Made by a program: the position numbers and the translations under genes. A stretch of 64,000 nucleotides of DNA, taken from assembly GCA_021793645.1 (NCBI GenBank), contig JAJYSJ010000002.1, forward strand, positions 2,003 through 66,002, read 5' to 3'. This DNA is from Bacillota bacterium. GTDB taxonomy: Bacteria; Bacillota; Sulfobacillia; JAJZYS01; JAJYTV01. This document shows positions 19,173 to 29,042 of the stretch, one piece after another. The notes below the pieces were generated by a model that did not search any database, was not told where the DNA came from, and saw only the letters and a program-made list of their open reading frames with translations. Each line of letters opens with the position of its first letter. Position 1 is the stretch's first letter.

Positions 19173-20741
19173 ATGTCCCTGCATCCCTTTCAGAACGAGC
19201 CACTGCTGAACTTCCGCTCTCCCGAGGAACAAGCCCGCATGCAGGTCGAAGTGGACAGGGTGAAAGCGCAGCTCGGGCAGTCCTACCCCCTGCGCATCGG
19301 GGCCCAGCGTCTTTCGGCTCAGAAGGTCTTCCTCTCGCGCGACCCGGCCCAGCCCACGACGGTCGTGGGCGAATTGCAGATGGGCAGTTCCGTCCACGTC
19401 GCCATGGCCGTCGCGGAGGCGCAAAAAGCGTTCGACGCCTGGTCGAACGTCGAGCCTTGGGAGCGCGCGGCGATGCTCTTGCGGGCCGGCGACATCCTGC
19501 GCCAGCGGCGGCGCGAACTGTTGGCCTGGCTGGCATTCGAGGTTGGCAAGAACTTCGACCAGGCTGATGGCGAAATCGCCGAGGCCATTGACCACTTCGA
19601 GTGGAACGCAAGGCAGCTGCTTTCCTGGAACCAGGGCAAGGAGATCCAGCCGATCGCGACGGAGATCAACGAGTACCGGTACCTTCCGCTTGGCGTCGGC
19701 GCGGTCATCTCACCCTGGAACTTCCCCTCCACCCTGCCGCTCGGCATGGCTGTTGCCGCCATCGCCGCGGGCAATACGGTCGTGTTGAAGCCGGCCGAGG
19801 AGTCCTCGGTGATCGCGCACCAGCTCTTCCGCGTCTTCGAGGATGCCGGCCTTCCGCCGGGCGTGTTGAATCTCGTTCCCGGGTTCGGAGCGGAAGTGGG
19901 CGACGCGCTCGTCCGCCACCCGGACGTCAAGTTCGTCGCCTTCGTCGGTTCCCGCAACGTCGGCACGCAGATCCATCACCGCGCGTCGGGCCTTGTGCCG
20001 GGCCAACGGCACCTCAAGCGCGTAATGACCGAGATGGGCGGCAAGAACGCAACGATCGTGACCGCGCGGGCGGACATGGACTGGGCGGCGCGCGAGGTCG
20101 TCGCGTCCGTGATCGGCTACCAGGGCCAGAAGTGCTCGGCGACGTCGCGCCTGATCCTGCTGGACGAGATCCACGACGAGTTCCTCGGGGCTGTCCTCGC
20201 GGAGATCGACCGGGTGTCGAAGGACATGGGCCACGCGAGCGAAAACCACGCCTTCGGCCCGGTGATCAACCAGGTCGCTGTGGATAAGATTGCGGGCTAC
20301 GTCGCGCAGGCACAGAGCCAAGGCAACGTGCTGCGCAAGGGCGCCCAGACCGGCGAGGGCTACTGCTTCACACCGACTGTCGTCGACGAGGTTGCCGTCC
20401 AAAGCCCGATCGCGCAGGAAGAGATCTTTGGTCCCTTTCTTGCCGTGCTGCGTGCAAAGAGCCTTGCGGAAGCGGTGCAGCTTGCGAACTCCGTCGAGTA
20501 CGCGCTGACGGGCAGCGCCTTCACGCGGGACCCGCAGGAACTGGAGTACGTGCGCCGCAACTTCTACGTCGGCAATCTCTACCTGAATCGCAGCTCCACC
20601 GGAGCGATGGCCGGAGTGCATCCCTTCGGAGGCTTCAAACTCTCCGGCACGGGCCCGAAGGTGGGTTCCCCGGACTACCTGGGCTTCTTCCTCCAGGCCC
20701 AGGCGGTCACACAGAAGGTCCGCTATCCCTGGGGGGAATGA
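19173..20741 (+). CDS. Aldehyde dehydrogenase of the 1-pyrroline-5-carboxylate (glutamate-semialdehyde) dehydrogenase RocA/PruA type
   Basis: FQNEPLLNFRSPEE..., QRHLKRVMTEMGGKN, VGNLYLNRSSTGAMAGVHPFGGFKLSGT and catalytic Cys context GQKCSA closely parallel Bacillus RocA. Confidence 0.78.
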   Translation: MSLHPFQNEPLLNFRSPEEQARMQVEVDRVKAQLGQSYPLRIGAQRLSAQKVFLSRDPAQPTTVVGELQMGSSVHVAMAVAEAQKAFDAWSNVEPWERAAMLLRAGDILRQRRRELLAWLAFEVGKNFDQADGEIAEAIDHFEWNARQLLSWNQGKEIQPIATEINEYRYLPLGVGAVISPWNFPSTLPLGMAVAAIAAGNTVVLKPAEESSVIAHQLFRVFEDAGLPPGVLNLVPGFGAEVGDALVRHPDVKFVAFVGSRNVGTQIHHRASGLVPGQRHLKRVMTEMGGKNATIVTARADMDWAAREVVASVIGYQGQKCSATSRLILLDEIHDEFLGAVLAEIDRVSKDMGHASENHAFGPVINQVAVDKIAGYVAQAQSQGNVLRKGAQTGEGYCFTPTVVDEVAVQSPIAQEEIFGPFLAVLRAKSLAEAVQLANSVEYALTGSAFTRDPQELEYVRRNFYVGNLYLNRSSTGAMAGVHPFGGFKLSGTGPKVGSPDYLGFFLQAQAVTQKVRYPWGE

Positions 20742-20742
20742 C

Positions 20743-21618
20743 GTGGCGGAACTGCTGACGGTCCATGACGCCGTCGCCCGCTACGTCGCGGATGATCAGG
20801 TCGTCTACCTTGCAGGTTTTACGCATCTGATCCCGTTCGCCTTCGGACACGAGATCATCCGCCAGCGCCGCCGGCATCTGACACTCTGCCGCGCAACGCC
20901 CGACCTCGTCTACGATCAGATGATCGCCGCGGGCGTCGCGGATCGCCTGGTCTTCAGCTACGCCGGCAATCCCGGCCTAGGGCTCTTGCAGGTGTTCCGC
21001 CAGGCCGTGCAGCGCGGCGAACTGGAGATCGAGGAGTACACGCACTTCGAACTCGTGGCTCGCCTGTCCGCCGGTGCTGCCGGGCTGCCCTTCTGGCCGC
21101 TTCGCTCGCTCGAGAACGATCTCACGGCGCGCAGGCCGCGCCCCCGCGTGCGCAGCCCGTTCGGCGATGAGGAGGTCGCTGTGGTGCCCGCCTTGCGTCC
21201 CGACGTGACGCTGGTGCACGCGCACTGCGCCGACGAGGATGGGAACGTCTATGCCTGGGGGCTGCTCGGGGAGGTGAAGGAGGCGGCGCTCGCGGCGCAC
21301 CGCATCCTCGTCTCCGTCGAGGAAATCCGTCCCGCCGCATCTCTGCGCCGCGAGCGCGATCACCTGCTCATCCCTGGCTTTCGCGTACAGAGCATTTCCG
21401 TCGCGCCCTTTGGAGCGCACCCCTCCTACGTACAGGGCGTCTACGACCGCGACACGGCCTTCTACACGGAATGGGACCGCATTTCCCGTGATCCCGAAGC
21501 GACGCGCAAGTGGCTTGCGCGGTTCGTCGATGCAGTGCCGGACCGCGAGGCCTATCTGCGACTGCTGCCCCCAGACCGACTCGCGGCCCTGAAGGAGGCG
21601 GCACAGGTTGACAACTAG
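20743..21618 (+). CDS. CoA-transferase subunit A (glutaconate/3-oxoacid CoA-transferase family I)
   Basis: 291 aa GctA-like. Immediately followed by the B subunit. Confidence 0.72.
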   Translation: MAELLTVHDAVARYVADDQVVYLAGFTHLIPFAFGHEIIRQRRRHLTLCRATPDLVYDQMIAAGVADRLVFSYAGNPGLGLLQVFRQAVQRGELEIEEYTHFELVARLSAGAAGLPFWPLRSLENDLTARRPRPRVRSPFGDEEVAVVPALRPDVTLVHAHCADEDGNVYAWGLLGEVKEAALAAHRILVSVEEIRPAASLRRERDHLLIPGFRVQSISVAPFGAHPSYVQGVYDRDTAFYTEWDRISRDPEATRKWLARFVDAVPDREAYLRLLPPDRLAALKEAAQVDN

Positions 21619-21631
21619 CCGGCGCGGCGAG

Positions 21632-22342
21632 ATGGCGATCGTCGGCGCGCGACTGCTGCGCGACGGAGAACGGGTTCTGGTGGGGGTCGGGCTCCCGAAC
21701 CTGGCCGCAAACGTCGCAAAGCGCCTGCATGCCCCGCACCTTGTGCTGGTCTACGAATCCGGTGTGATCGATGCACATCCGCCAAGGCTCCCCCTCTCGA
21801 TCGGGGATCCGGACCTCGTGCGCACGTCCCTGTGCGTCTTGCCGATCGGCGACCTCTTCAGCCAGTACCTGCAAACCGGCTGGATCGACGTCGGCTTCCT
21901 GGGCGGAGCCCAGATCGACCGCCGCGGCAACCTCAACTCCACGGTGATCGGTCCCTACGACCATCCCAAGGTGCGCCTCTCCGGATCCGGCGGCGCCGCG
22001 GACATCGCCTCGTTCGCGCGGCGGACGATCATGCTCATTCCGCAAGATCTGCAGCGGTTTCCGGCAGCGGTGGACTTCATCACCTCCCCTGGCCATCCGA
22101 AGCGCGGCAGGCGCACCCAGGGTCCTGCCTCCGTCGTGACGGACCTTGGACTCTTCGACTTCGACGAAGAGGGAGAGATGCGCCTCACCAGCGTCTACCC
22201 CGGCGTCAGCATCAAGGATGTGCAGCAGAGAACGGGATGGCCTCTGCGCATCGCACAGGAGATTTCGGAGATCCCGCCGCCGACCCCGGCGGAACTTGAC
22301 GTTCTCCGGGAACTCGGCGGCGGGCAGGAGGCTGCGTACTGA
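21632..22342 (+). CDS. CoA-transferase subunit B
   Basis: VLVYESGVIDAHP contains the conserved catalytic Glu (ESG) of the family-I CoA-transferase beta subunit. ATG at 21632. Its stop overlaps the next start (ATGA at 22342). Confidence 0.72.
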   Translation: MAIVGARLLRDGERVLVGVGLPNLAANVAKRLHAPHLVLVYESGVIDAHPPRLPLSIGDPDLVRTSLCVLPIGDLFSQYLQTGWIDVGFLGGAQIDRRGNLNSTVIGPYDHPKVRLSGSGGAADIASFARRTIMLIPQDLQRFPAAVDFITSPGHPKRGRRTQGPASVVTDLGLFDFDEEGEMRLTSVYPGVSIKDVQQRTGWPLRIAQEISEIPPPTPAELDVLRELGGGQEAAY

Positions 22343-23652
22343 TGACCGATGTGTTTTACCGTTCCCCCGCCTCGGAGTACCCCCAGATCTCGCATGGCGA
22401 AGGCATCTACCTATGGGACACGACGGGCAAGCGCTACCTTGACGGTGCGTCCGGCGCGCTCGTCGCGAACCTCGGTCACGGCCGCCAGGAGATCGCGCAG
22501 GCGATGGCCGCACAGGCCGGCCGGGTCGCCTTCGCGCATACGATGCGCTTCACGTCGGCGGCGCAGGAGGAACTCGCAGCGCGCATCGCGCGACTGCTCC
22601 CCTATGGCCTGCGCCACACCTACCCCGTCTCCGGCGGGTCAGAGGCGACCGAAACGGCAATCAAACTGGCGCGCCAGTACTTCCTGGAGATCGGCCAACC
22701 GCAGCGCTTCCGCGTGCTCGCCCGCTGGGCCTCCTACCACGGAAATTCTCTCGGAGCTCTGTCCGCCTCCGGCCACCTGGCGCGGCGTCGTCCCTATGCC
22801 CCCCTCCTGAGCGATGCCTTTGCGCACTTTCCACCCCCGGACTCCGCCTGCCCAGGACCGGGGGCCGACGGCGAATGCGATTGTACGCGCGCGCTGCGCG
22901 CGGCACTCGAGCAGAGCGATCCCGCGACCGTGGCGGCGATCCTGCTCGAGCCGGTCGGCGGATCGGCGCTCTCGGGCCTCGTGCCGCATGATGGCTACTT
23001 CGAGGCCGTCCGGCGCATCGCCGACGAGTACGGCATCCTTCTGATCGCCGACGAGGTGATGACCGGGTTCGGCCGCACCGGCGAGATCCTCGGCATGTGC
23101 CACTTCGAGACCGCGCCAGATCTGATCACCGCAGCAAAAGGCCTCTCCGGCGGCTACGCACCGCTCGGCGCAGTCATCGCGGGTGACAGGGTCTACGGGG
23201 CGATCCGCGGCGGCAGCGGCCGCTTCGCCCACGGCTTCACCTACGGCGGGCATCCCGTCGCCTGCGCCGCCGGCGCCAAGGCGCTCGAAATTCTGGAGCG
23301 CGAGCAGCTGGTCGACAACGCGCGGCGGATGGGCGCTCTCCTGCGCGCCGGCCTCGAGGACCTCGCCCAGCGCTTCCCGGCCGTCCAGGAGGTGCGAGGA
23401 CTGGGCCTGATGCAAGGCCTCGTGCTCCAGACGGCGCCCAATCCCGGTGCCTATGCAACCCGGCTGTCCGATATCGCCTTCGCGGACGGCCTGATCGTCT
23501 ACGCGGGCTCCGGCGGGCCCGAAGGCGTGCTCGGCGACCACGTGCTCATCGCACCCCCGCTGGTCGTCGATGCCGCAGGCGTACAAGAACTCCTGGACCT
23601 CTTGGCCGCGGCCTTTGCAACGCTTGCCTCTTTGGTCCGTAGTGATGCCTGA
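22342..23652 (+). CDS. Class III (omega) aminotransferase, PLP-dependent
   Basis: ...[30 protein letters not shown]..., ...[20 protein letters not shown]..., ...[14 protein letters not shown]... and ...[16 protein letters not shown]... are the class III aminotransferase signatures. Confidence 0.8.
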   Translation: MTDVFYRSPASEYPQISHGEGIYLWDTTGKRYLDGASGALVANLGHGRQEIAQAMAAQAGRVAFAHTMRFTSAAQEELAARIARLLPYGLRHTYPVSGGSEATETAIKLARQYFLEIGQPQRFRVLARWASYHGNSLGALSASGHLARRRPYAPLLSDAFAHFPPPDSACPGPGADGECDCTRALRAALEQSDPATVAAILLEPVGGSALSGLVPHDGYFEAVRRIADEYGILLIADEVMTGFGRTGEILGMCHFETAPDLITAAKGLSGGYAPLGAVIAGDRVYGAIRGGSGRFAHGFTYGGHPVACAAGAKALEILEREQLVDNARRMGALLRAGLEDLAQRFPAVQEVRGLGLMQGLVLQTAPNPGAYATRLSDIAFADGLIVYAGSGGPEGVLGDHVLIAPPLVVDAAGVQELLDLLAAAFATLASLVRSDA

Positions 23653-24847
23653 CGCCTACCTCGTCGACGGCGTGCGCACACCGGTCGGGCGCTATGGCGG
23701 GCGCCTCGCCGCAGTCCGCCCTGACGACCTCCTCGCCCACGTGATCGTGTCGCTGCTTGTGCGCCATCCCGAAGTGCCGTTCGACGCAATCGACGACGTG
23801 CTCGCCGGCGCCGCGAACCAAGCCGGAGAGGATAACCGCAACGTCGCACGCATGGCGCTGCTGCTGGCGGGTCTGCCGGACAGCGTTCCGGGCATGACGG
23901 TGAACCGGCTGTGCGCCAGCGGACTTTCTGCGGTGATCACGGCCGCCCGTGCCATCCGCGCCGGCGAGGGCGATCTTTTTCTCGCAGGCGGCGTCGAGTC
24001 GATGTCGCGCGCGCCCCTCGTCCTGGGCAAGCCTTCGGCCGCCTACCCCCGCGGGGACCGCATGATGCATGATACGACACTCGGTTGGCGCTTCGAGAAC
24101 CCAGCCCTCGCCGCTCGCTTCCCACTCGAGTCGATGGCGGAAACGGCAGAGAACGTGGCGGACCGCCATGGCGTCACCCGCGAGCACCAGGACGCGTTCG
24201 CGCTGCAGAGCCAGAAGCGCTGGCAGGCGGCGCAGGACCGCGGCCGCTTCGCGCAGGAGATCGCTCCAGTGTCGGTACCCGGCCGGGAGGGCACAAAGGT
24301 GCTCGTCGACGTCGATGAGCATCCCCGCCCGGACACGTCCTTTGAAGCCCTCGCGGCGCTGCGGCCGATCGTGCGCAAGGATGGCACGGTGACAGCGGGC
24401 AACGCGTCTGGCGTCAACGACGGCGCTGCGATGCTGCTTCTCGCTTCGGAGGACGCCCTGCGGCGCTATGACCTGAAGCCGCTCGCGCGCTTCGCCGCGG
24501 CCGCCGAGATGGGCATCGACCCGCGCTACATGGGCATCGGGCCCGTTCCGGCGATGCGCAAGGCGCTGCAGCGCGCGAACCTGTCGATCCAGGAGATCGG
24601 GGTCGTCGAGTTGAACGAGGCCTTCGCCGCACAAAGCCTTGCCTGCATCCGCGAGCTGGACCTTGATCCCGCCATCGTGAACCCGAATGGCGGCGCCATC
24701 GCCATCGGGCACCCGCTCGGCATGTCCGGCGCGCGCCTTGTGACGACGCTGCTCCACGAACTACAGGCCAGCAGCGCCCGATACGCGGCGGCCACGCTGT
24801 GCGTGGGCGTAGGGCAGGGCGTCGCGGCCATCCTGGAGCGAGCGTAG
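23645..24847 (+). CDS. Acetyl-CoA C-acyltransferase (thiolase)
   Basis: [19 protein letters not shown]...[12 protein letters not shown]...[12 protein letters not shown]...[13 protein letters not shown] are thiolase signatures. ATG at 23645 overlaps the aminotransferase stop. Confidence 0.85.
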   Translation: MPDAYLVDGVRTPVGRYGGRLAAVRPDDLLAHVIVSLLVRHPEVPFDAIDDVLAGAANQAGEDNRNVARMALLLAGLPDSVPGMTVNRLCASGLSAVITAARAIRAGEGDLFLAGGVESMSRAPLVLGKPSAAYPRGDRMMHDTTLGWRFENPALAARFPLESMAETAENVADRHGVTREHQDAFALQSQKRWQAAQDRGRFAQEIAPVSVPGREGTKVLVDVDEHPRPDTSFEALAALRPIVRKDGTVTAGNASGVNDGAAMLLLASEDALRRYDLKPLARFAAAAEMGIDPRYMGIGPVPAMRKALQRANLSIQEIGVVELNEAFAAQSLACIRELDLDPAIVNPNGGAIAIGHPLGMSGARLVTTLLHELQASSARYAAATLCVGVGQGVAAILERA

Positions 24848-24871
24848 GCCCAGGCCGCCAAGCATGGGAGC

Positions 24872-24930
24872 GGGGGCTGTCCCTAAAGGAGCGGGAGTTG
24901 CTGTTCGGGACAGCTCCCTCTGTTTGATGG
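24872..24930 (+). terminator. Rho-independent terminator candidate for the IclR-regulated operon
   Basis: GGGGGCTGTCCC...GGGACAGCTCCC inverted repeat (one mismatch), followed by the T-rich run TCTGTTTGAT. Confidence 0.5.
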
Positions 24931-25203
24931 GCTGTTAGGCGGCTGCGAGCAGACCAGATGAGAGGGCCGCCTCAGGCCGGGACGGGAAGTCGAGCACGCG
25001 ACTCAACAGGCCCATCTCCATGCGGGTCTCTTGGAGCACCCCGCAAAATCGGCTCGGTCTGTGGGCCCTCCCGGCCGTTGGGGCAACATCCTCAAGGCCC
25101 AGACCGATGGTTTCCAACAGCTGAGTATCTGCTCGCCGTCGCCAGTCCTCGGTTGCGGTCGCCGTAGGTCTCGAGATGCCGGATCGGACAGGATGGGGTC
25201 TAC

Positions 25204-25243
25204 AGCAAAAAGGAAGGAGCCCGCCTCGAGGGCAGCTCCTCCC
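25204..25243 (-). terminator. Rho-independent terminator for the membrane-protein gene
   Basis: Minus strand reads AGGAGC-CCGCCTCGAGGG-CAGCTCCT hairpin followed by TTTTTGCTG. Confidence 0.55.
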
Positions 25244-25254
25244 TTCGGGATGTC

Positions 25255-25842
25255 CTACTTCGCCGGCCGCTGAAGGATGCTGGTCGGCACCCACTTGGAG
25301 AACTCGGCGAGGTGTCCCCAGTACCCCATATAGCCCGTGAAAAGGAAGACGACCGCCGCGATGCCAAGCAGTATCGCCGCTCCGATCGCGAAGGACCGTT
25401 GCTGGCGCCAGTTGATGGCCGGCAGCGTAAGCATGCCGCCAAGGCCAGCGGCGACGTAGCCTACTGCGGTCATGGCAGGCTGACTCGTCATGCCGAGGTT
25501 CGCGATCCGGATCCCGACGACAACTGCCAGAAGGCCGCCGAAGAAGCCGTATAGAGCCGGGATCAGCGGGTCCCAGCGCAGCGCAAGCGTAATGCCCGCT
25601 CCAAGAAACGCGACGCTGAGGTAGAGCGCTGGTTCACCGAACGCGATATTGTAGGCGCCCGGCAGCGGCCAGCTCACGATCATCGGCACTGCGGTCACGA
25701 GGCCGAGGATACCGGCGGCGAAGAATCCGGCTGCCCAGGCCTGGCGCTCGCCGGGCTCGGGGTTTCGATACAAGTAGTGCGCAAGAATCACAAAGCCTGA
25801 AGCCAGTCCGACAAGCATGACGGCAAGATAGTCGGTAAACAC
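25255..25842 (-). CDS. Integral membrane protein of unknown function (5-6 TM)
   Basis: Hydrophobic 195-aa product. GTG at 25842 lies 6 nt after AAGGGGG. The track ORF start at 25923 lacks an RBS. Confidence 0.5.
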   Translation of the reverse strand: MFTDYLAVMLVGLASGFVILAHYLYRNPEPGERQAWAAGFFAAGILGLVTAVPMIVSWPLPGAYNIAFGEPALYLSVAFLGAGITLALRWDPLIPALYGFFGGLLAVVVGIRIANLGMTSQPAMTAVGYVAAGLGGMLTLPAINWRQQRSFAIGAAILLGIAAVVFLFTGYMGYWGHLAEFSKWVPTSILQRPAK

Positions 25843-25860
25843 CTGATGCCCCCCTTCTGC

Positions 25861-25900
25861 TGTTGGACATCTGCACGGACATCTGGCCCGTATAGTCCAA
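25861..25900. promoter_or_regulatory. Candidate operator upstream of the membrane-protein gene
   Basis: GTTGGACATCTGcacGGACATCTGGcccgtataGTCCAAC: tandem direct repeat GGACATCTG (25864-25872 and 25877-25885) nested in a 7-bp inverted repeat GTTGGAC/GTCCAAC. Lies 19-58 bp upstream of the GTG start. Confidence 0.3.
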
Positions 25901-26149
25901 CATGCATCGACTAATTTCGACAACTAAAGCCAACATACCTTGCCGCCAAGGGCATCACGCCCAGACCTGCGGTGCAAAAGGAAAAGGGGCGGTGGACTGC
26001 TGCTCGCCATGACAGTCTTCGTGGAGATCGGCAGAGTACTGAAGGATGCTGCCCGGTGTCGCCGCCAGTACGGGTGCGGTCCGCCGCAAAGGACTACTCT
26101 TTGGCGACCGTGTCCCCTGTGTTCGGGGGTGGCAGTCGCTGCCCTCCGG

Positions 26150-26189
26150 ATGAAAGCACACACGGTCGGCTGCAGTGACGCAGCCGACC
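26150..26189 (-). terminator. Hairpin downstream of the FAD-oxidoreductase gene
   Basis: GGTCGGCTGC-agtgac-GCAGCCGACC is a perfect 10-bp stem. The downstream U-tract is weak. Confidence 0.35.
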
Positions 26190-26203
26190 GCACGTTTCGA
26201 ATC

Positions 26204-27340
26204 CTAGTCGAGCGTGAACCCTGGGCGGATCTCGAAGTCGGTTGGCGGGAAGCGATCCGGCCGCAGGTGCGGTACTTCGGCTAGACCCAGCGCCACCCGC
26301 GCAGCCAACTCCCCGACTGCCGGACCGCGCATCACGCCGATGCCGTTGTCGCCGCACGCTGTAAACAGGCGCTCGGTGAGTGGCCCGAGCAGTGGACGGC
26401 GGTCCGGCGTCGCCCCGCCGAGGCCTGCCCAGCTGCTGCGCAGGCCTGCGCTGTCGCCGAGGCTCGAGAGGTCCAGCAGCCGCTCGGCGATGTTCATCCG
26501 GAACTCGTCGTCGCCGGTCTGCTGATAGTCGTCCGGGTCGTGCTCCCAGAGCCGCGTGCCGTCGCCCGCCAGGATGTTCTGCGGGCCCTCAGGCACCATG
26601 TAGACATCGGTTTGGAGGTGCCAGACGATCGGCAGTGCGTGGGGCTGGGCGAGCTGCAGCGAGGATAGCTGCACGCGGTACGGCCGCATGGCGATGTCGA
26701 ACCCGGCAGTGCGAACGAGTTTGCGCGACCACGTGCCGGCGCTGACCAGCACGCGGGCAGCCTCGAACCGCTCTCCGCCAGCCTCGATCACGACCTTCTG
26801 GTCCTCGGCGTGGATCGTTTCCGCCCTGCAGCCCGCACGCAGGGTGAGCCCACCCTCGCGGGCCCTGTCCACGACGGCCTGGGCAAAAGCGGTCGGGTTG
26901 ACGTGCCAGTCGTCCGGCGTCCACATGCCCACGGTGCCTTCCCGCAGCCGGTCCAGGTTCGGGTAGCGCCGCTCGATCTCGTCTTTCCCGATCATCTCGA
27001 ACCGCACGCCGCGGGCCGAGAGGTCCGCTTCTCGGCGGTGCAGCTGGTCTGCATATTCGCGTTCGGCCAGCGTCAGCTGGCCGAACTCCCTGGCGACCGA
27101 CGCATCGCCGGAGAGTTCGCGCGCCTCGCGATAGAGAACGCGGCTACGCGTCACGAACTCCTGGTCCTCGGGGTGCCACAAGAGGTCCGTGAGGATGCCC
27201 CCGGACTTTGCGGAGCTCTCCTGCGCCAAGCCGATGCCCTTCTCGAGCAGCAGCACGGACTTGCCACCGGCGCGCACCGCCTCCTGGGCGGCTGCAGAAC
27301 CCCATACGCCGCCGCCGATGATCGCGAGATCGTAGATCAC
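26204..27340 (-). CDS. FAD-dependent oxidoreductase (DAO/glycine-oxidase-like)
   Basis: N-terminal MIYDLAIIGGGVWGSAAAQEAVRAGGKSVLLLEKG dinucleotide-binding motif; 378 aa. Confidence 0.75.
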   Translation of the reverse strand: MIYDLAIIGGGVWGSAAAQEAVRAGGKSVLLLEKGIGLAQESSAKSGGILTDLLWHPEDQEFVTRSRVLYREARELSGDASVAREFGQLTLAEREYADQLHRREADLSARGVRFEMIGKDEIERRYPNLDRLREGTVGMWTPDDWHVNPTAFAQAVVDRAREGGLTLRAGCRAETIHAEDQKVVIEAGGERFEAARVLVSAGTWSRKLVRTAGFDIAMRPYRVQLSSLQLAQPHALPIVWHLQTDVYMVPEGPQNILAGDGTRLWEHDPDDYQQTGDDEFRMNIAERLLDLSSLGDSAGLRSSWAGLGGATPDRRPLLGPLTERLFTACGDNGIGVMRGPAVGELAARVALGLAEVPHLRPDRFPPTDFEIRPGFTLD

Positions 27341-27378
27341 AAGGTCGCCTCCAATTTGCTACTGCGCGGATCTGGTCG

Positions 27379-28938
27379 TCAGTCGGTGGCCTGTGGCGCC
27401 GCGTCCATCGCTGCGAGGTGTTCGCGCACTTCGGGCGTCTCCCGGCCGGAGGCGATCCCCCAGTAGAAGAAGCCGACGGATGCGACGATCACGAGCAGCA
27501 GGTCGTACGGGTACTTGATCGCGTTGCTGCCGCCGAAGCTGGTCGAGCCGAGGTAGCTGATCAAGATCATGAAGGCCGTCAGCACGACCAGCCAGACCCC
27601 GGAGCGCAGGTCCTCCACCGGCAGCTTGTTGCGCACGAAGTAGTACGCATAGATGATCAGACCCACGAAGAGTCCCAATCCAATGTAGAGGTCGTTGGGC
27701 CAGCCAGTCCAGTAGATGATCAACATGCCGGCGATGAAACCGAGCAGCGACCAGACGTGCAGTCCTTTCAGCTTCACCGTGCGGTGCAGCCTGCTGCCGG
27801 TACGGCGCAGCACCATGGCCGAGACGGGGCCGAGGATGTAGGAGATGATCGCGAGGGTGCTCGCGATGCCCACAAGGAGGCTCCACGCCGGGAACGGCAG
27901 GAGCGACAGCAGGCCGACGACCAGGCTGACGGTCAGTGCGACGTGCGGCACGCCGAACTTGGGGTGGATGCGCAGAAGGGCCTGCGGTCCATATCCGTTC
28001 TTCGGCATGGCGTACAGCACACGCGCGCTCGAAGCCTCGTAGACGAGGCCTGTTCCGGACGGGGACACGATGGCGTCGACGTAGAGCAGTACGGCCAGCC
28101 AGCCGAGGTTGAGCGCGACGGCGAGGCTTGCGAACGGCGAGGAGAAGTTGATCTTGGCCCAGCCGTGGACGAGGTCAGCCGGCGAGACGGCGCCGACAAA
28201 CGCAACCTGCAGCAGCGAGTAGAGAACGATGGCGATCACGAGCGACAGGACGACCGCCCGCGGCACGTCCCGCTGCGGATTGCGGCTCTCCCCCGCCAGG
28301 TCGATCGCCTGACGGAAGCCCTGGTAGGCGAAGGCCACCCCGCCGATGGCGATCGCGGTCATCACGCCCTGTGCGCCGTAGGGGGCAAAGCCTCCGTGCT
28401 GTGGGGCAGTGAAGTTCTGGCTATGGAATCCGGAGGCAATCAACAGGATCAGCGTCAACGCAGGGACGATGAACTTGAAGACCGTCGCAATCGCGTTGGC
28501 CCGCGCAAACACGCGCACCCCAAGGTAGTTGAGGTAGAAGAAGATGATGACAAGCACCATCGCCAGGATGATGCCGATCGGGGTGAGGGTGCCACTGGCT
28601 GAGTAGAGGCCATGGAGGTAGGTGTTGGCGTACTGAACGGACGCCTCTGCCTCGATCGGCGGAACGACGACGTAGGAGAGCCAGATGGCCCAGCCGGTGA
28701 AGAAGCTGACGAGACTGCCGTGCGAATATTGTGGGTAGCGCACCAGCGCCCCGGACTCTGGAATCGTGGAACTGAGCTCCACAAACGGCATCGCCATGAA
28801 GAGGGTCAGGATGCCGCCGATCACCCAAGCGAGAAGGGCCGCCGGGCCGGCATACTGCGCGGAGATCATCGATCCGAGGAGCCAGGAGGATCCAACGATC
28901 CCGCCGACGTTCGCAAGAAGCAGCTGCAGCATCGTCAT
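27379..28938 (-). CDS. APC-superfamily amino-acid/polyamine permease
   Basis: About 12 predicted TM helices and an APC-like consensus. The start is probably the internal Met (MTMLQLLLANVGG). The track ORF extends to 29001. Confidence 0.78.
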   Translation of the reverse strand: MTMLQLLLANVGGIVGSSWLLGSMISAQYAGPAALLAWVIGGILTLFMAMPFVELSSTIPESGALVRYPQYSHGSLVSFFTGWAIWLSYVVVPPIEAEASVQYANTYLHGLYSASGTLTPIGIILAMVLVIIFFYLNYLGVRVFARANAIATVFKFIVPALTLILLIASGFHSQNFTAPQHGGFAPYGAQGVMTAIAIGGVAFAYQGFRQAIDLAGESRNPQRDVPRAVVLSLVIAIVLYSLLQVAFVGAVSPADLVHGWAKINFSSPFASLAVALNLGWLAVLLYVDAIVSPSGTGLVYEASSARVLYAMPKNGYGPQALLRIHPKFGVPHVALTVSLVVGLLSLLPFPAWSLLVGIASTLAIISYILGPVSAMVLRRTGSRLHRTVKLKGLHVWSLLGFIAGMLIIYWTGWPNDLYIGLGLFVGLIIYAYYFVRNKLPVEDLRSGVWLVVLTAFMILISYLGSTSFGGSNAIKYPYDLLLVIVASVGFFYWGIASGRETPEVREHLAAMDAAPQATD

Positions 28939-29042
28939 CTCTTTGCGAAGCCCGGTCACTGTCGGTCGCGCCACTCGTTTCCATCCCCTTTTGTCCAGCA
29001 CCTGCGAAGCTCCACAGGCGCCCGAGACGTGATCCTACGTAC

